Shown here in pieces: positions 53,721-63,363 of a stretch of 64,000 nt of DNA. Below the pieces are notes generated by a model that saw only the letters and a list, made by a program, of their open reading frames with translations, was not told where the DNA came from and made no database searches. Location: the sequence record OM386656.1. One strand, given 5' to 3'. Positions within the stretch are counted from its first letter, which is position 1. Every line of letters starts with the position of its first letter. The translations under genes were made by a program, and so were the position numbers. This stretch comes from Escherichia phage vB_EcoM_ESCO25.

Positions 53721-54020
53721 ATGAATCTGACCGAACAGTTACGCCGTATTGCAAAAGAAGCTTCCTTCAACTTCCCTGTTGAAGAAGTGATCGAGACATG
53801 TTTTGCTGAAGCACGAGCGGGAAACTCTTCAAGAAATTTCACGCCATCTGATTTTGGTCTGGATAATTCCCCTACCCACCCAGGGGAGATCTACAATCAG
53901 GTGAAGTGGATGGATGAAGCAGTAGCAATTCTTCGTGAGCGTGGGCTTATTGTTTATAAAGAAATGGATCTGAACGGGGCATACGAGTGGATCACTATTG
54001 ATTGGTCGGAGGTGAAATAA
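53721..54020 (+). CDS. hypothetical protein
   Basis: 99 aa ORF; RBS aaggagaa. Confidence 0.5.
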   Translation: MNLTEQLRRIAKEASFNFPVEEVIETCFAEARAGNSSRNFTPSDFGLDNSPTHPGEIYNQVKWMDEAVAILRERGLIVYKEMDLNGAYEWITIDWSEVK

Positions 54021-54229
54021 TGGTTACTATCACATTGACAGTTACACAAGAGCAAGCAGAAGAATTACGTGATGCAGTGGCATACATGGGACGCTCTTAT
54101 TATATGCCTTATAAATCACAAGATGTTTTTGCTACAGCCATTGAGAAAGCTTTAAACAAATATCGAGAAACTCATGCCGTTCCTAAAGTATCAGCAGAAG
54201 AGTTTGGCACTTGGCACGAAGTTAACTAA
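54020..54229 (+). CDS. hypothetical small protein
   Basis: Start trimmed to MVTITLTV with RBS ggaggtg. Confidence 0.45.
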   Translation: MVTITLTVTQEQAEELRDAVAYMGRSYYMPYKSQDVFATAIEKALNKYRETHAVPKVSAEEFGTWHEVN

Positions 54230-54239
54230 GGAGGTATCG

Positions 54240-54473
54240 ATGAAAGGTAACAAGATGAAAGTTAATCAGGTACCGAGTGCATACACTTTGTGGCTTGCGC
54301 GAGCGTTACACCAGACGATCAAAAATCCTAAGAAGCCAATGAAGAGTGGGAAGAAGTTTATGTCTAAGGGCAAAACAACCTTTGGCTTCACTCGTATGTC
54401 TGTTAAGATGAAAAGGCTGGGGTATAAGCCAAACTACGCTCGTTACCCTTCTGAATACAACTGGTTTGACTAA
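54240..54473 (+). CDS. hypothetical small basic protein
   Basis: Start trimmed to MKGNKMKV with RBS aaggagg. Confidence 0.45.
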   Translation: MKGNKMKVNQVPSAYTLWLARALHQTIKNPKKPMKSGKKFMSKGKTTFGFTRMSVKMKRLGYKPNYARYPSEYNWFD

Positions 54474-54488
54474 AAAGGAGAACAAAAC

Positions 54489-54707
54489 ATGAAAACATCT
54501 ATTCGCGTGAAACATGATCCGAACAGCAGTTACCCATACGTGTATGTTGAACGTCATGAAGGGGACTATTACACCATAAAACGTAAAGTCCCAACTGATA
54601 CAGGGTTTAACTTTGATGTTATTGCGCTGGATGATCAAGGTGTTGATAATCTGGTGAATGCATTACTCGCATTGAAGGAAGTACGATATGAAAATCAGAC
54701 TAATTGA
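54489..54707 (+). CDS. hypothetical protein
   Basis: 72 aa ORF; RBS aaggaga. Confidence 0.5.
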   Translation: MKTSIRVKHDPNSSYPYVYVERHEGDYYTIKRKVPTDTGFNFDVIALDDQGVDNLVNALLALKEVRYENQTN

Positions 54708-54879
54708 AAAGGGTGATACCATCTTCGAAACCCGTAAAGGTGAAATCACAGAGGTTCCAGAAGAAAGATCAACAATTCTTGTCGATGGTGTTTTGAAATA
54801 TTGCTGTAGTGTCTATAAATCTTACGAGAAGGATCAGTATGGCGATCCAGAAATCTGGTTTGTAGGTGATGTGTATTAA
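54688..54879 (+). CDS. hypothetical small protein
   Basis: 63 aa ORF. Confidence 0.45.
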   Translation: MKIRLIEKGDTIFETRKGEITEVPEERSTILVDGVLKYCCSVYKSYEKDQYGDPEIWFVGDVY

Positions 54880-54888
54880 GGGGGTAAA

Positions 54889-55248
54889 ATGAGCGGAGAA
54901 TTTCGTAAAGTAAAAGATATCTCCCTCTTTGAGGGAGACGTTGTTCGGATCAATGGGAGATTGTTAAAATTTCACCAGTTGATGTATCCAAGTACATCTC
55001 GTAATGTGATGGTGATCTTCCAGGACGCTTTTGCTGCAAGCGATTACACTCCGTATTCAGCAGAAACTGAAGTATATTTTGAAGGATATGTTGATCGACC
55101 ACTTGCAAAAGAGATGTGGGACAAGTATCATATAAACATTACAGATTCACAGGGTGTCTTCTGGAACTACCCTAGTGAAGGTAAGATGGCTTTCGATTCT
55201 TGTGATCGTTTAGCCGAAGAGATTGCCGAATGGCGTGATACTCACTAA
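54889..55248 (+). CDS. hypothetical protein
   Basis: 119 aa ORF. Confidence 0.5.
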   Translation: MSGEFRKVKDISLFEGDVVRINGRLLKFHQLMYPSTSRNVMVIFQDAFAASDYTPYSAETEVYFEGYVDRPLAKEMWDKYHINITDSQGVFWNYPSEGKMAFDSCDRLAEEIAEWRDTH

Positions 55249-55263
55249 AACAGGAGAAAGATT

Positions 55264-55440
55264 ATGGCTACTTTTCAACAATTGAAAGATGTTTCACGTT
55301 TAGTAAGAAAAATCCGAGAAGCAGACGCTGCTGTGCGGAATGCATTAACGCCAGCAGAGCGTGAAGATCTTGAAGAGGAGGTGAAAACAGCCGAGAATGC
55401 TTTTGCTGTGTATCTTTCGACACTGCATACAGGAGGTTAA
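55264..55440 (+). CDS. hypothetical small protein (58 aa), not on ORF track
   Basis: MATFQQLKDVSRLVRKIREADAAVRNALTPAEREDLEEEVKTAENAFAVYLSTLHTGG; RBS caggaga. Confidence 0.4.
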   Translation: MATFQQLKDVSRLVRKIREADAAVRNALTPAEREDLEEEVKTAENAFAVYLSTLHTGG

Positions 55441-55755
55441 ATGTCAGAGGAACTTAAAGAATTTTATCAGGCATATCATAACTGGCTATTAGCTGGTGCT
55501 CCAGATAATAATCCTTTCTGGCATGATAAAGGATTATGTAGTTGCCTCTATCTTTGGTCTGGTGGTTATGATGACCTAAATTATGAAATGCAAATGCAAT
55601 TTCGAGAAGCAGGATTGTCTGAAGAATACCCGTTTGATGACGGAGACTGGTTTAAATATGATTTTGCACAAAGAAACGGGCTATTGCATTTGAATGCTGC
55701 CCGTATAAAATGGGTAAAAGATCATGCTACACAGGAGGATGTGCAATGCCAATAG
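55441..55755 (+). CDS. paralog family A member 3
   Basis: 104 aa; FYQAYHNWL...KGLCSCL...AGLSEEYPF...RIKWVKDH. Confidence 0.55.
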   Translation: MSEELKEFYQAYHNWLLAGAPDNNPFWHDKGLCSCLYLWSGGYDDLNYEMQMQFREAGLSEEYPFDDGDWFKYDFAQRNGLLHLNAARIKWVKDHATQEDVQCQ

Positions 55756-55946
55756 TGTTTAGTTTCTTGGTAATTGTTATGGTTGTTCTTTTCGCGGCAT
55801 GGCTTTGGGATTTTGACCCAGGAGCAGCGCAGCAAAGAGCTACAGACTGGAAAGAACAATGTATTGTGCTCAAACATGAACGAAATGCGGAGAAATTTCT
55901 TGACCTGGAGTGTGATCGCCTTGTAAGATACAAGCAAGACAAATAA
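55746..55946 (+). CDS. small membrane protein
   Basis: Start trimmed to MPIVFSFLVIVMVVLFAAWLW; RBS caggagga. Confidence 0.45.
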   Translation: MPIVFSFLVIVMVVLFAAWLWDFDPGAAQQRATDWKEQCIVLKHERNAEKFLDLECDRLVRYKQDK

Positions 55947-55960
55947 CCTTGAGGTGCAAA

Positions 55961-56149
55961 ATGGTAATTGAGATTAAACTTGAGTATGCTGGCGCTGTTG
56001 CTCTGATCGCACAAATGCTTGGAGCAAAGATTGAAGAAGTGTATATCAACGCTTGGAGCGTAGAGATTGATGTTCCTATGGACAACATTGCTAATCGCTT
56101 GCTGGTGGCAGAGTGTGAACGCACCAACATAATCTACAAAGGAGCATAA
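55961..56149 (+). CDS. hypothetical small protein
   Basis: Start trimmed to MVIEIKLEY. Confidence 0.45.
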   Translation: MVIEIKLEYAGAVALIAQMLGAKIEEVYINAWSVEIDVPMDNIANRLLVAECERTNIIYKGA

Positions 56150-56150
56150 T

Positions 56151-56372
56151 ATGAAAATTAGAGTTTGTGATGTATTGGGTTATGTTGGTTTTGAGAATGT
56201 TCAGATTCCTTTTGTTGTTGAAGCACATCTTGTTAGTGAGGATATGACAACATTCTTTGTTACGATAGAAGAAATGTCCAAAGTCGAGGGATGGGAGTGG
56301 TTTGAAGAAGATGTTTGGGAAGGTTGTGATTACGTATTCTTCTCTGACGAAGTGAAGGTTCTTGCGGAGTAG
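56151..56372 (+). CDS. hypothetical protein, paralog of 51066..51287
   Basis: 73 aa; see paralog motif above. Confidence 0.5.
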   Translation: MKIRVCDVLGYVGFENVQIPFVVEAHLVSEDMTTFFVTIEEMSKVEGWEWFEEDVWEGCDYVFFSDEVKVLAE

Positions 56373-56374
56373 GC

Positions 56375-56581
56375 ATGTCTTGTTTTACGAAAGCAGTGTC
56401 CATATGTAAGAAACAGTATGAAAGTGATTACGGAATATTTAATATTCCTGCGGATCATACAGAGTATTGTTCATGCGGTGGCAGAATGAAGAAAACAGTG
56501 ATTTATGCGGATAATGGAGATGAACTTGTTCCGGTTATTGTTTGCAAAGCTTGTCATTCTGTTAAAACATTAAAAGCGTAA
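56375..56581 (+). CDS. small Cys-containing protein
   Basis: 68 aa; CSCGG...CKAC. Confidence 0.45.
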   Translation: MSCFTKAVSICKKQYESDYGIFNIPADHTEYCSCGGRMKKTVIYADNGDELVPVIVCKACHSVKTLKA

Positions 56582-56676
56582 GGAGTCGGGACACCCGACG
56601 ATTGGAGCTAAAAATTTTGCGTACAACCCTTTCCGCCCAACAGGGGCGCGTCGGGTAAATAAAGAGGAGAGTTTAT

Positions 56677-57075
56677 ATGAAAAAGATCATTGTAGGTTTA
56701 TTGCTACTCGTTGCATCACTTGGAACAGCAAATGCGTCTCAAGTTTATGAGTGTGTGTCAGATGTGGTTGTTAAAAATCTGAAAGGTGAAGTGATTTCTG
56801 GTCCTAAGAAAATGGCTTCTGTTGTCATTAATAAAGATAACTCCTTTATCCTTAAAAATTCAGGTGGTGCTTTGATGAGTGGCATTCTGCAATACACAGG
56901 AGAAAAAAGTAAAGATGGTAGTGCTATGTACGGTTCACAACAATTTATTGGCACTACTGAAGTAGTAATGATGCGCACAGAGTATCGAGACACTTTGGCT
57001 TGGTTTGCATTTCTAAAAAATGATAAAACAATAACGAATGTTCTTACTCTAGAAGCTGATTGTACGCAACGATAA
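56677..57075 (+). CDS. secreted protein (signal peptide)
   Basis: MKKIIVGLLLLVASLGTANA signal peptide; RBS agaggaga. Confidence 0.55.
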   Translation: MKKIIVGLLLLVASLGTANASQVYECVSDVVVKNLKGEVISGPKKMASVVINKDNSFILKNSGGALMSGILQYTGEKSKDGSAMYGSQQFIGTTEVVMMRTEYRDTLAWFAFLKNDKTITNVLTLEADCTQR

Positions 57076-57084
57076 GGGGGATTT

Positions 57085-57531
57085 ATGACTAAAATGAGAC
57101 ATTACGCTGTAAACTGCAACGATGTTTGGCGTTTGTGTCCTGATGATCCGACAGAAGGCACATTTGTAAGATATGAGGATTATAAAGAGTTATCGGATGC
57201 TGTAGTCGCATTGTTAACAGATATCCGTTCACGTTATCCAGGACAAGATTTCACTTGCCCTCACATCAAACTTCTTGCCCTTCTGGTAGAAGGTGAGAAA
57301 GAAGTGGAAGATGGCTTCAAGCGTGTAGAGTATCAAGGTGAAACTTTAGAGGTTCCTGAATTTGTTAATTATATTGCAACAGATTCGAGTGGCGAGCGTT
57401 ATGGCTACAGCCATAAGCCAGAGATTCCTGATTGGATTCCCGCTTGGAGATATTCCGTTAGTACCGGAGACTATATCTTCCTTGGTGTAGGTAGTAGTAA
57501 GGATTGGCGTTTCTCTTTGACAGAGGTTTAA
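57085..57531 (+). CDS. hypothetical protein
   Basis: 148 aa ORF; RBS aaggggga. Confidence 0.5.
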   Translation: MTKMRHYAVNCNDVWRLCPDDPTEGTFVRYEDYKELSDAVVALLTDIRSRYPGQDFTCPHIKLLALLVEGEKEVEDGFKRVEYQGETLEVPEFVNYIATDSSGERYGYSHKPEIPDWIPAWRYSVSTGDYIFLGVGSSKDWRFSLTEV

Positions 57532-57535
57532 TAAT

Positions 57536-57799
57536 ATGAAAGAGACATTGCCAGCAGCATACCGTTTGAATGATGAACGTATTTGGGAGTGGACCGACGT
57601 TTCTTGTTTTTACCCTGAAATAGTTCAATATTGGCGAGCAAAAGGGTGTGTTGTAGTTATCAACCCTTGTGGACCAGTGGATGAAGATTGCTTGTATCTC
57701 GATGGAAAGTGGCACAGTTATTGTCGCTGGCCTTTTGAGTGGATGTGTAAAGAAGATCTCCCAGAGGGTTGGGAGTATCCAAAAGCAAATAGGAGATAA
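57536..57799 (+). CDS. hypothetical protein
   Basis: 87 aa ORF. Confidence 0.5.
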   Translation: MKETLPAAYRLNDERIWEWTDVSCFYPEIVQYWRAKGCVVVINPCGPVDEDCLYLDGKWHSYCRWPFEWMCKEDLPEGWEYPKANRR

Positions 57800-57800
57800 T

Positions 57801-58163
57801 ATGTCTAAAGATTTTGTTGAAGTGTTTGTCAAAGATGAAGAAACTGGTTTAGGCACGGGTTTCATTTGTGAAGAAACTTTTAAACGTGAACAAGAAAAAG
57901 CTATCCTTATGCGAAACTATGATCATGCATTAGAACAATGGAAAAATGCAGAACAAAAATGCAAAAACCTTTATGCAGAAAATAGAAAACTACAAGATCA
58001 AATGGAGTTGTTAGCTATCAGTTTACGATCTCTCATTTTGGCTGTAGAAGACGGTTTTAAAAATCCAGATGGTTTTCCTGTGAGCGATATTGAACATGAT
58101 TTGTATCTTGCTCGTGGTGCTTACTTTTATGTTAAACAGAAGTCTGTAGAAGGAGAGAAGTGA
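57801..58163 (+). CDS. hypothetical protein
   Basis: Start trimmed to MSKDFVEVFV with RBS ataggaga. Confidence 0.5.
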   Translation: MSKDFVEVFVKDEETGLGTGFICEETFKREQEKAILMRNYDHALEQWKNAEQKCKNLYAENRKLQDQMELLAISLRSLILAVEDGFKNPDGFPVSDIEHDLYLARGAYFYVKQKSVEGEK

Positions 58164-58360
58164 TGGAAGAAAAACTGGAACGTATTATCGAGTTAGCCAT
58201 GTCTATTGGCTACGACGATTGTTTTCTCCAAACTATTGGAGAAACACAGAACGATTACGACTCTTGGGTGAAAGAGTTGGAAGAACTCAAAACTTCCTTG
58301 ATTGCTGACTTTGCTGAAGCCGAGGATAAAGCAGATCGTTACAACTATCTGTGTCGATAA
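58160..58360 (+). CDS. hypothetical small protein
   Basis: 66 aa ORF; ATGA overlap. Confidence 0.45.
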   Translation: MMEEKLERIIELAMSIGYDDCFLQTIGETQNDYDSWVKELEELKTSLIADFAEAEDKADRYNYLCR

Positions 58361-58422
58361 GCCTTGACATTTATTTTATGTATGGTATACATACATTATC
58401 AACGTGAGCAAGGTGGTGTAAT

Positions 58423-58695
58423 ATGAATAAAGATCGGTTTCTTTCTTTAGTCGCGGAAGCTCCTTTTGATGTTCTTGGGGTGAGATTATGGAAAGACAGA
58501 AACTATGGGTTAGATGTTCAAACATATTCTCTTTGGTTGGTTGGGGAGCACAGCTTAGATGAAAGCTTGTGCATGGGTAGGGATTCTCGTTCCCTTTGTT
58601 TAAAGTTCAGAAGCTTAGAACGCGCAAACAAAGAGCAAGAAAAACTAACGAGGTGGCTAAATGAAAACAAGCACAGGGTTGATGGAGTTTTATAA
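58423..58695 (+). CDS. hypothetical protein
   Basis: 90 aa ORF; candidate promoter TTGACA at 58374 upstream. Confidence 0.5.
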   Translation: MNKDRFLSLVAEAPFDVLGVRLWKDRNYGLDVQTYSLWLVGEHSLDESLCMGRDSRSLCLKFRSLERANKEQEKLTRWLNENKHRVDGVL

Positions 58696-58987
58696 AATTT
58701 ATCTAGCATGGATTGATGTTGGTGCTCCTGATGGTAAACCTTTTCGGCGGGATTGTGGTTTGTGTGCCAACTTGTTCGATTATGTGCACAGAGGTAATTA
58801 CAACCCCATTATAACAACCTTGTCAGATGAAATGCACGCACAGTTTTACCATAAAGGGTTGAATCAAGGACTCCCTTTCAATGAGAACTACGATGCATAT
58901 GTCTTAGAGTCAGATGCAGATGCCTGTCACCTGAACGTGGACAGAATTAATTGGGTAAGAGATCGTATTGCAGAGGAGGATGAATAA
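58661..58987 (+). CDS. paralog family A member 4
   Basis: 108 aa; FYKIYLAWI...CGLCANL...KGLNQGLPF...RINWVRDR. Confidence 0.55.
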   Translation: MKTSTGLMEFYKIYLAWIDVGAPDGKPFRRDCGLCANLFDYVHRGNYNPIITTLSDEMHAQFYHKGLNQGLPFNENYDAYVLESDADACHLNVDRINWVRDRIAEEDE

Positions 58988-59214
58988 TGTCGGATTATAA
59001 CTGGTATGAACTTGAAGCTGTTTGTCAGTTTTATGATTCAATAGTTCTACGTGATCCAATCTGTCAAGAATTGAGTCGCCGTGCAAGTGCATTGGCAATC
59101 CGTGTTAAAATAAATGGTTGGAACCCAGACTTGGAAAAAGAGTTGGAATTTCTCTTAGAAACAACACGTGTCTTCCACAAAGTGTTCCCTGAATGGTTCG
59201 AGATGGAAGAATGA
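58987..59214 (+). CDS. hypothetical protein
   Basis: 75 aa ORF. Confidence 0.5.
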   Translation: MSDYNWYELEAVCQFYDSIVLRDPICQELSRRASALAIRVKINGWNPDLEKELEFLLETTRVFHKVFPEWFEMEE

Positions 59215-59432
59215 TCATGTGGATTGTACGTCTTAAATATGATGGCCCTGATCCTTGGGTGCATAACGTTTGCGGTTGTGATTCCGAAGAAGCAGCACAT
59301 AAAGCAGGAAGAGCAGCAAGTGCCTTCTATAATGACAAACCTTTTTGTTTAGAAATGGCAGGTGTGGTTTGTATGAGCATGTTCGAATACTACTCTTATG
59401 AAATCAAAGAACACCAAGGGGAATGGAAATAA
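59211..59432 (+). CDS. hypothetical small Cys-containing protein
   Basis: Start trimmed to MIMWIVRLKY. Confidence 0.4.
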   Translation: MIMWIVRLKYDGPDPWVHNVCGCDSEEAAHKAGRAASAFYNDKPFCLEMAGVVCMSMFEYYSYEIKEHQGEWK

Positions 59433-59494
59433 ATCGTTGACAGAAGGATCTGTCTTTGTCATAATCATCTCATCGAAACAAAGAGGAGAAAATC

Positions 59495-60049
59495 ATGAAA
59501 AAGTTTATTTGCACCCGTTCCACTAACAGTGATATCCTTGTAGGTAAGGTTATCAAAGGAGAACTCTTCCATGCAAACGGTAAGAAATATATTCTGCTGA
59601 AAGATTCTTTCAACGGGGAATATCCGCGCTGCACTTTCTTCAATTACAACACTCCATTTGCTTTAGAAGGAGATGCTTGGGACTGGGCTGAACTTCATCC
59701 TTTCTGTGAAGATGGACAGACAGAAGAGCAGGAAGAATCTACGGGAAGTTTACGTGATAAACTGCGTAATAAAGCACTGCAAGCAAATTCCCATTTTACT
59801 GAAATGGTAGACGCCGTTCTATTAGAGATTGAAGATTGTGCGGAACAAGGGAAGTTTGAAAAATACTTTGAACCTTCCAGTTTTGGTTTGTGCAATAACC
59901 CTTCTTCTTATGAACAGATAAGTGAACAGAAAAGAGGGGCAAATGTTGTAGCTACAATGCTACGTGCAAAAGGTTTGGATGTAACATTGGCAACCGCAGA
60001 GCACAGTATTTTTGGGATTATCAAACACATCATTATTAGTTGGAACTAA
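59495..60049 (+). CDS. hypothetical protein
   Basis: 184 aa ORF; candidate promoter (ttgaca at 59447) and RBS agaggaga upstream. Confidence 0.5.
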   Translation: MKKFICTRSTNSDILVGKVIKGELFHANGKKYILLKDSFNGEYPRCTFFNYNTPFALEGDAWDWAELHPFCEDGQTEEQEESTGSLRDKLRNKALQANSHFTEMVDAVLLEIEDCAEQGKFEKYFEPSSFGLCNNPSSYEQISEQKRGANVVATMLRAKGLDVTLATAEHSIFGIIKHIIISWN

Positions 60050-60060
60050 AGGAGATAGAT

Positions 60061-60360
60061 ATGCAAGTTGAAGACCTGATCAAAATTTTGAATAAAGCAA
60101 AAGAAAAAGGTGCTATCAAGGACTGGAAACGTGAAACAAGTGAAGACCTATCTCACTGTTGCCGAGAATTTTACATCGAAGGTATTGCTGACGATCATTA
60201 TATTATCGAATGGTATATCAACTTAATGACTCTTAAGCACGGTTCGTTTGAGGTTTGGTTTGATGACATTGATGTAAATGGTTTTCATCCTGGCTATAAA
60301 ATCGCTATGCAGTTATCTTATCGTAGAGAAGTTGTAGCACATTTGGGTTTACATAACTAA
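60061..60360 (+). CDS. hypothetical protein
   Basis: Start trimmed to MQVEDLIKIL with RBS aaggaga. Confidence 0.5.
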   Translation: MQVEDLIKILNKAKEKGAIKDWKRETSEDLSHCCREFYIEGIADDHYIIEWYINLMTLKHGSFEVWFDDIDVNGFHPGYKIAMQLSYRREVVAHLGLHN

Positions 60361-60370
60361 GGAGAAAAGA

Positions 60371-60694
60371 ATGCAAGCAGTTGTTAACGAAGCTATTATG
60401 AACTTATCCTTTTTGTTAGCTGGTTTAGGAGGTGTTCTCATAGGTTTGGCTCTTATCTGGTGTATTCGTCGATTAATCGGGTACCGACAAAAAGGTGTTT
60501 CATGTTTTGTATCTTACAATTTTACAACTGCTTACAGCAATGAGGTTGGATCTGGCAATGCTCAAGCATTTTTACCAACATATCCTCCTACGGTGGAAGA
60601 TATTCGAAACTTGGAAGTAGAACTTATGGGACTAAGTGATAACTATACATCTCTAGTTATTCAAAATATTTTTCGACTAAAACAGGAGGCGTGA
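60371..60694 (+). CDS. membrane-anchored protein
   Basis: 107 aa; N-terminal helix LSFLLAGLGGVLIGLALIWCI. Confidence 0.5.
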   Translation: MQAVVNEAIMNLSFLLAGLGGVLIGLALIWCIRRLIGYRQKGVSCFVSYNFTTAYSNEVGSGNAQAFLPTYPPTVEDIRNLEVELMGLSDNYTSLVIQNIFRLKQEA

Positions 60695-60907
60695 ATGAAG
60701 GTACATTACCCTCATCCCTTTGATCCTAAAAACAAAGCCGTAATTCTTCGTCAGTGGCAACGGGTTTGTCGTACTAAATGTCCAATCAATAGCCCACACA
60801 ATGTAGACAAGGACTATCTTGGGACATTTGTTGAATACACTTACATAGACAAAAACAAGCGTAAACAACATGTCGAGGAATACTGCTTAAGAGTAGAATG
60901 GCTGTAA
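60695..60907 (+). CDS. hypothetical small protein
   Basis: 70 aa ORF. Confidence 0.45.
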   Translation: MKVHYPHPFDPKNKAVILRQWQRVCRTKCPINSPHNVDKDYLGTFVEYTYIDKNKRKQHVEEYCLRVEWL

Positions 60908-60977
60908 ATAATAAATACCTTGACAAGTGTTTATTCGTTTTGTAAAGTGAGGATACAGCAATGGTTTAGGAGTGGTT

Positions 60978-61649
60978 ATGAAAAAGTTTGTTGTTTACAG
61001 TCGTCTTTCTAAACAGAAAAAAGGTGAGGCACAATATGGTATGGAGAGCCAAGAGAATGATATCCGTTACTTCTTAGACTCTGTGCCTGATGCGGAAGTT
61101 ATTGGTCAATTTTCTGAATACTATTCGGGTAAGGGCGATTGGAAGCAACGTAAGGAACTGGTTAAAGCGGTTGAAATGTGTAAAGCTACCGGAGCAACTT
61201 TATTGGTAGCTAAAGTTGACCGCTTGGGTCGTAACAACGCCTCCGTAGCAACTCTTCTAGAAATGATTGATGTTAAGATAGCCATCATGCCAGACGCAGA
61301 TAAAATGGTTATACAGCTTCTGTCTGTTCTGGCTGAACAAGAAGTTAGAGGTATTGCTGATCGTATTAAAAAGGGTCTTGCTGTAGCAAAAAGCAAAGGT
61401 GTTTTATTAGGCAGTGCTAATCCTAAAACTGCCGCTGCACGTAGAAAAGGAAAAATGGAATACAATTCTGTTAAAGCAGACGCTTTTGCAGAGACATTTC
61501 GTGAACGCTTGGAGATCCTTAGAGATTTAAATACACCTTACAAAACTATTGCTGAAAAATTCAATAGTAAGAAAATAGCAACAGCACGTGGTGGTAAATG
61601 GGATGCTAAAACTGTTTCTCGTTTGTGTGCCAGACTGAACATTAAATAG
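60978..61649 (+). CDS. small serine recombinase (resolvase/invertase family)
   Basis: Start trimmed to MKKFVVYSRLSKQKKGEAQYGMESQ (catalytic-Ser region), LLVAKVDRLGRN, C-terminal HTH-like region; own promoter (ttgacaagtg...) at about 60921. Confidence 0.65.
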   Translation: MKKFVVYSRLSKQKKGEAQYGMESQENDIRYFLDSVPDAEVIGQFSEYYSGKGDWKQRKELVKAVEMCKATGATLLVAKVDRLGRNNASVATLLEMIDVKIAIMPDADKMVIQLLSVLAEQEVRGIADRIKKGLAVAKSKGVLLGSANPKTAAARRKGKMEYNSVKADAFAETFRERLEILRDLNTPYKTIAEKFNSKKIATARGGKWDAKTVSRLCARLNIK

Positions 61650-61657
61650 GAGAGGAT

Positions 61658-62068
61658 ATGAAACAAGAAAATGAATCTGTAGATCACTTAATCATGCTGT
61701 CAGCCCTTTTTGCCGGATGGGAGGTATTTTTTGAAAATTTGTTCAATTCTGCTACAGATGGTTCTGATTTTATGCGCCAATTTAAACGACGAACTGTTGA
61801 GGACTATACTTTCTATTCAGGTCGGATTGAAAAAGGTTACGAAGATATAGATACAATACTTACAATTAAAGTTTTAGATGTGATGTTTAGTGTTATAGAT
61901 GCTATCGATGAAAGTCTTCCGATTTTAGAAGATTGCAATACGAAAGCTTATGTTTACAAAATAGCCCGTGCTTATGTGTCTGCAAACAGTTGTCTTCTTT
62001 CCACCCAAATTGCGGTGAACAATCTTGCCAACTTGTTCGATGAAGGAGAAACTTTTTATGACAATTGA
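61658..62068 (+). CDS. hypothetical protein
   Basis: 136 aa ORF; RBS aggagagga. Confidence 0.5.
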   Translation: MKQENESVDHLIMLSALFAGWEVFFENLFNSATDGSDFMRQFKRRTVEDYTFYSGRIEKGYEDIDTILTIKVLDVMFSVIDAIDESLPILEDCNTKAYVYKIARAYVSANSCLLSTQIAVNNLANLFDEGETFYDN

Positions 62069-62423
62069 TTTGAAGTGTAAGAGGATTCTTTTAGATTTCT
62101 ATAATAATTGGTTAGAACACCTCCGTCTCTTTCCACGAGAAAGTGGTTACGCTGATGTTGGCTTATGCCGAGGTCTACGTATGTATATAAGTGATGAATT
62201 TCGAGCCGATCATTCTTTAGCATATTCTGTTTATGGTATGCAATTAGCCAGTTTTGAAAATGCTGGTTTAGATACAACTTTCCCGTTTAACACAGCAAAA
62301 TCTTTTGAGCAAGAGTGTAAGGAAAAACGTTGCATGTTTAATGAAAAACGTGTACAGTGGGTTAAGGATCGAGTTAAACAACTGGAACAAGAGTTGGATT
62401 TCTTCTATGATGAGGCAGAATAA
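62058..62423 (+). CDS. paralog family A member 5
   Basis: Start trimmed to MTIDLKCKRILLDFYNNWL; ...VGLCRGL...AGLDTTFPF...RVQWVKDR. Confidence 0.55.
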   Translation: MTIDLKCKRILLDFYNNWLEHLRLFPRESGYADVGLCRGLRMYISDEFRADHSLAYSVYGMQLASFENAGLDTTFPFNTAKSFEQECKEKRCMFNEKRVQWVKDRVKQLEQELDFFYDEAE

Positions 62424-62695
62424 TGGATAGACAAACCTTAAAAACAATGGCAGATGCCACTAATTCCCCGTACTTTGAAAAAGTAAGTAAATTGGTAGCT
62501 CAAGCCGCAGAGGAAGGATATTATAACATAAACATCCACAACCCAAGTCTTATACTAGAAATGCCAAGTGATAAGAAGATACAAGAGAGTATCTGTGAAG
62601 GTATTGTTAGTTACTGGCGCGAGCGTGGGTGTGGTGCAAACATGGCTTTAGACAGTGCAAACATTGTAAGATATATAAATATTTCTTGGGGGTGA
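62423..62695 (+). CDS. hypothetical protein
   Basis: 90 aa ORF. Confidence 0.5.
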   Translation: MDRQTLKTMADATNSPYFEKVSKLVAQAAEEGYYNINIHNPSLILEMPSDKKIQESICEGIVSYWRERGCGANMALDSANIVRYINISWG

Positions 62696-62700
62696 TTTTT

Positions 62701-63312
62701 ATGATCCAATGCACTCATATCCAAATTACTTGGAGAGATGAACTTTACCATTTAGGACAATTTACTGTAGGGGAAACATACCCTGTCATTAAACATAATC
62801 CTAACATCGCAAACTTTGACAGGATGGTTCTTGTTGAGGACGATCTAGGTCAAACTTATTCTTTAGATCTAAAATATCCGTTTTCTTACGGCTACGATTG
62901 GATCGTTACTTTTGAAGACGTGGAGGAAAATAAAGCAATGAACGAAAAAAATTCTTGGTATTATCGTTGTGAACTGCCGCCAGTAGGTGAAAAGGTTATC
63001 TTTGTTCCTGATTTGGAAAGATATTCTTGGGACAGTTCTTATTCTGTTCCTAAAGAAGGCACCGAAGTTGAAGTTATTGCACATCGCACAACTTCGCATG
63101 GTAACGATGTAGCAGTTGTTTTCTGGGATGATGAAGGCGCTGCTTGTGCAGGTGGCTTTGTTGCAGGTAATTTTGAACCCCTGCCAGATCCTTTGAAGGA
63201 GGCAATTTTAGGCGTAGCTTCTTTTGGACTCTCTTACACATCTGCACAAGAGATCGTAGAAGGTATTTTAAACGGTACCGTTCCAAACGAAATTTTTAAA
63301 CAGATTAAATAA
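62701..63312 (+). CDS. hypothetical protein
   Basis: Start trimmed to MIQCTHIQITW. Confidence 0.5.
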   Translation: MIQCTHIQITWRDELYHLGQFTVGETYPVIKHNPNIANFDRMVLVEDDLGQTYSLDLKYPFSYGYDWIVTFEDVEENKAMNEKNSWYYRCELPPVGEKVIFVPDLERYSWDSSYSVPKEGTEVEVIAHRTTSHGNDVAVVFWDDEGAACAGGFVAGNFEPLPDPLKEAILGVASFGLSYTSAQEIVEGILNGTVPNEIFKQIK

Positions 63313-63363
63313 TAGTTGCACCCCGTTCTGCGGGGTGTTATTGTATACGTAAAGGAGGCGCTA

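Noticed and set aside
60921-61649. Serine recombinase as evidence of an integrated prophage or transposon
   Set aside because: No attachment-site repeats, flanking tRNA, repressor or transposase-associated inverted repeats are visible in the window; more consistent with a phage-encoded invertase or resolvase.
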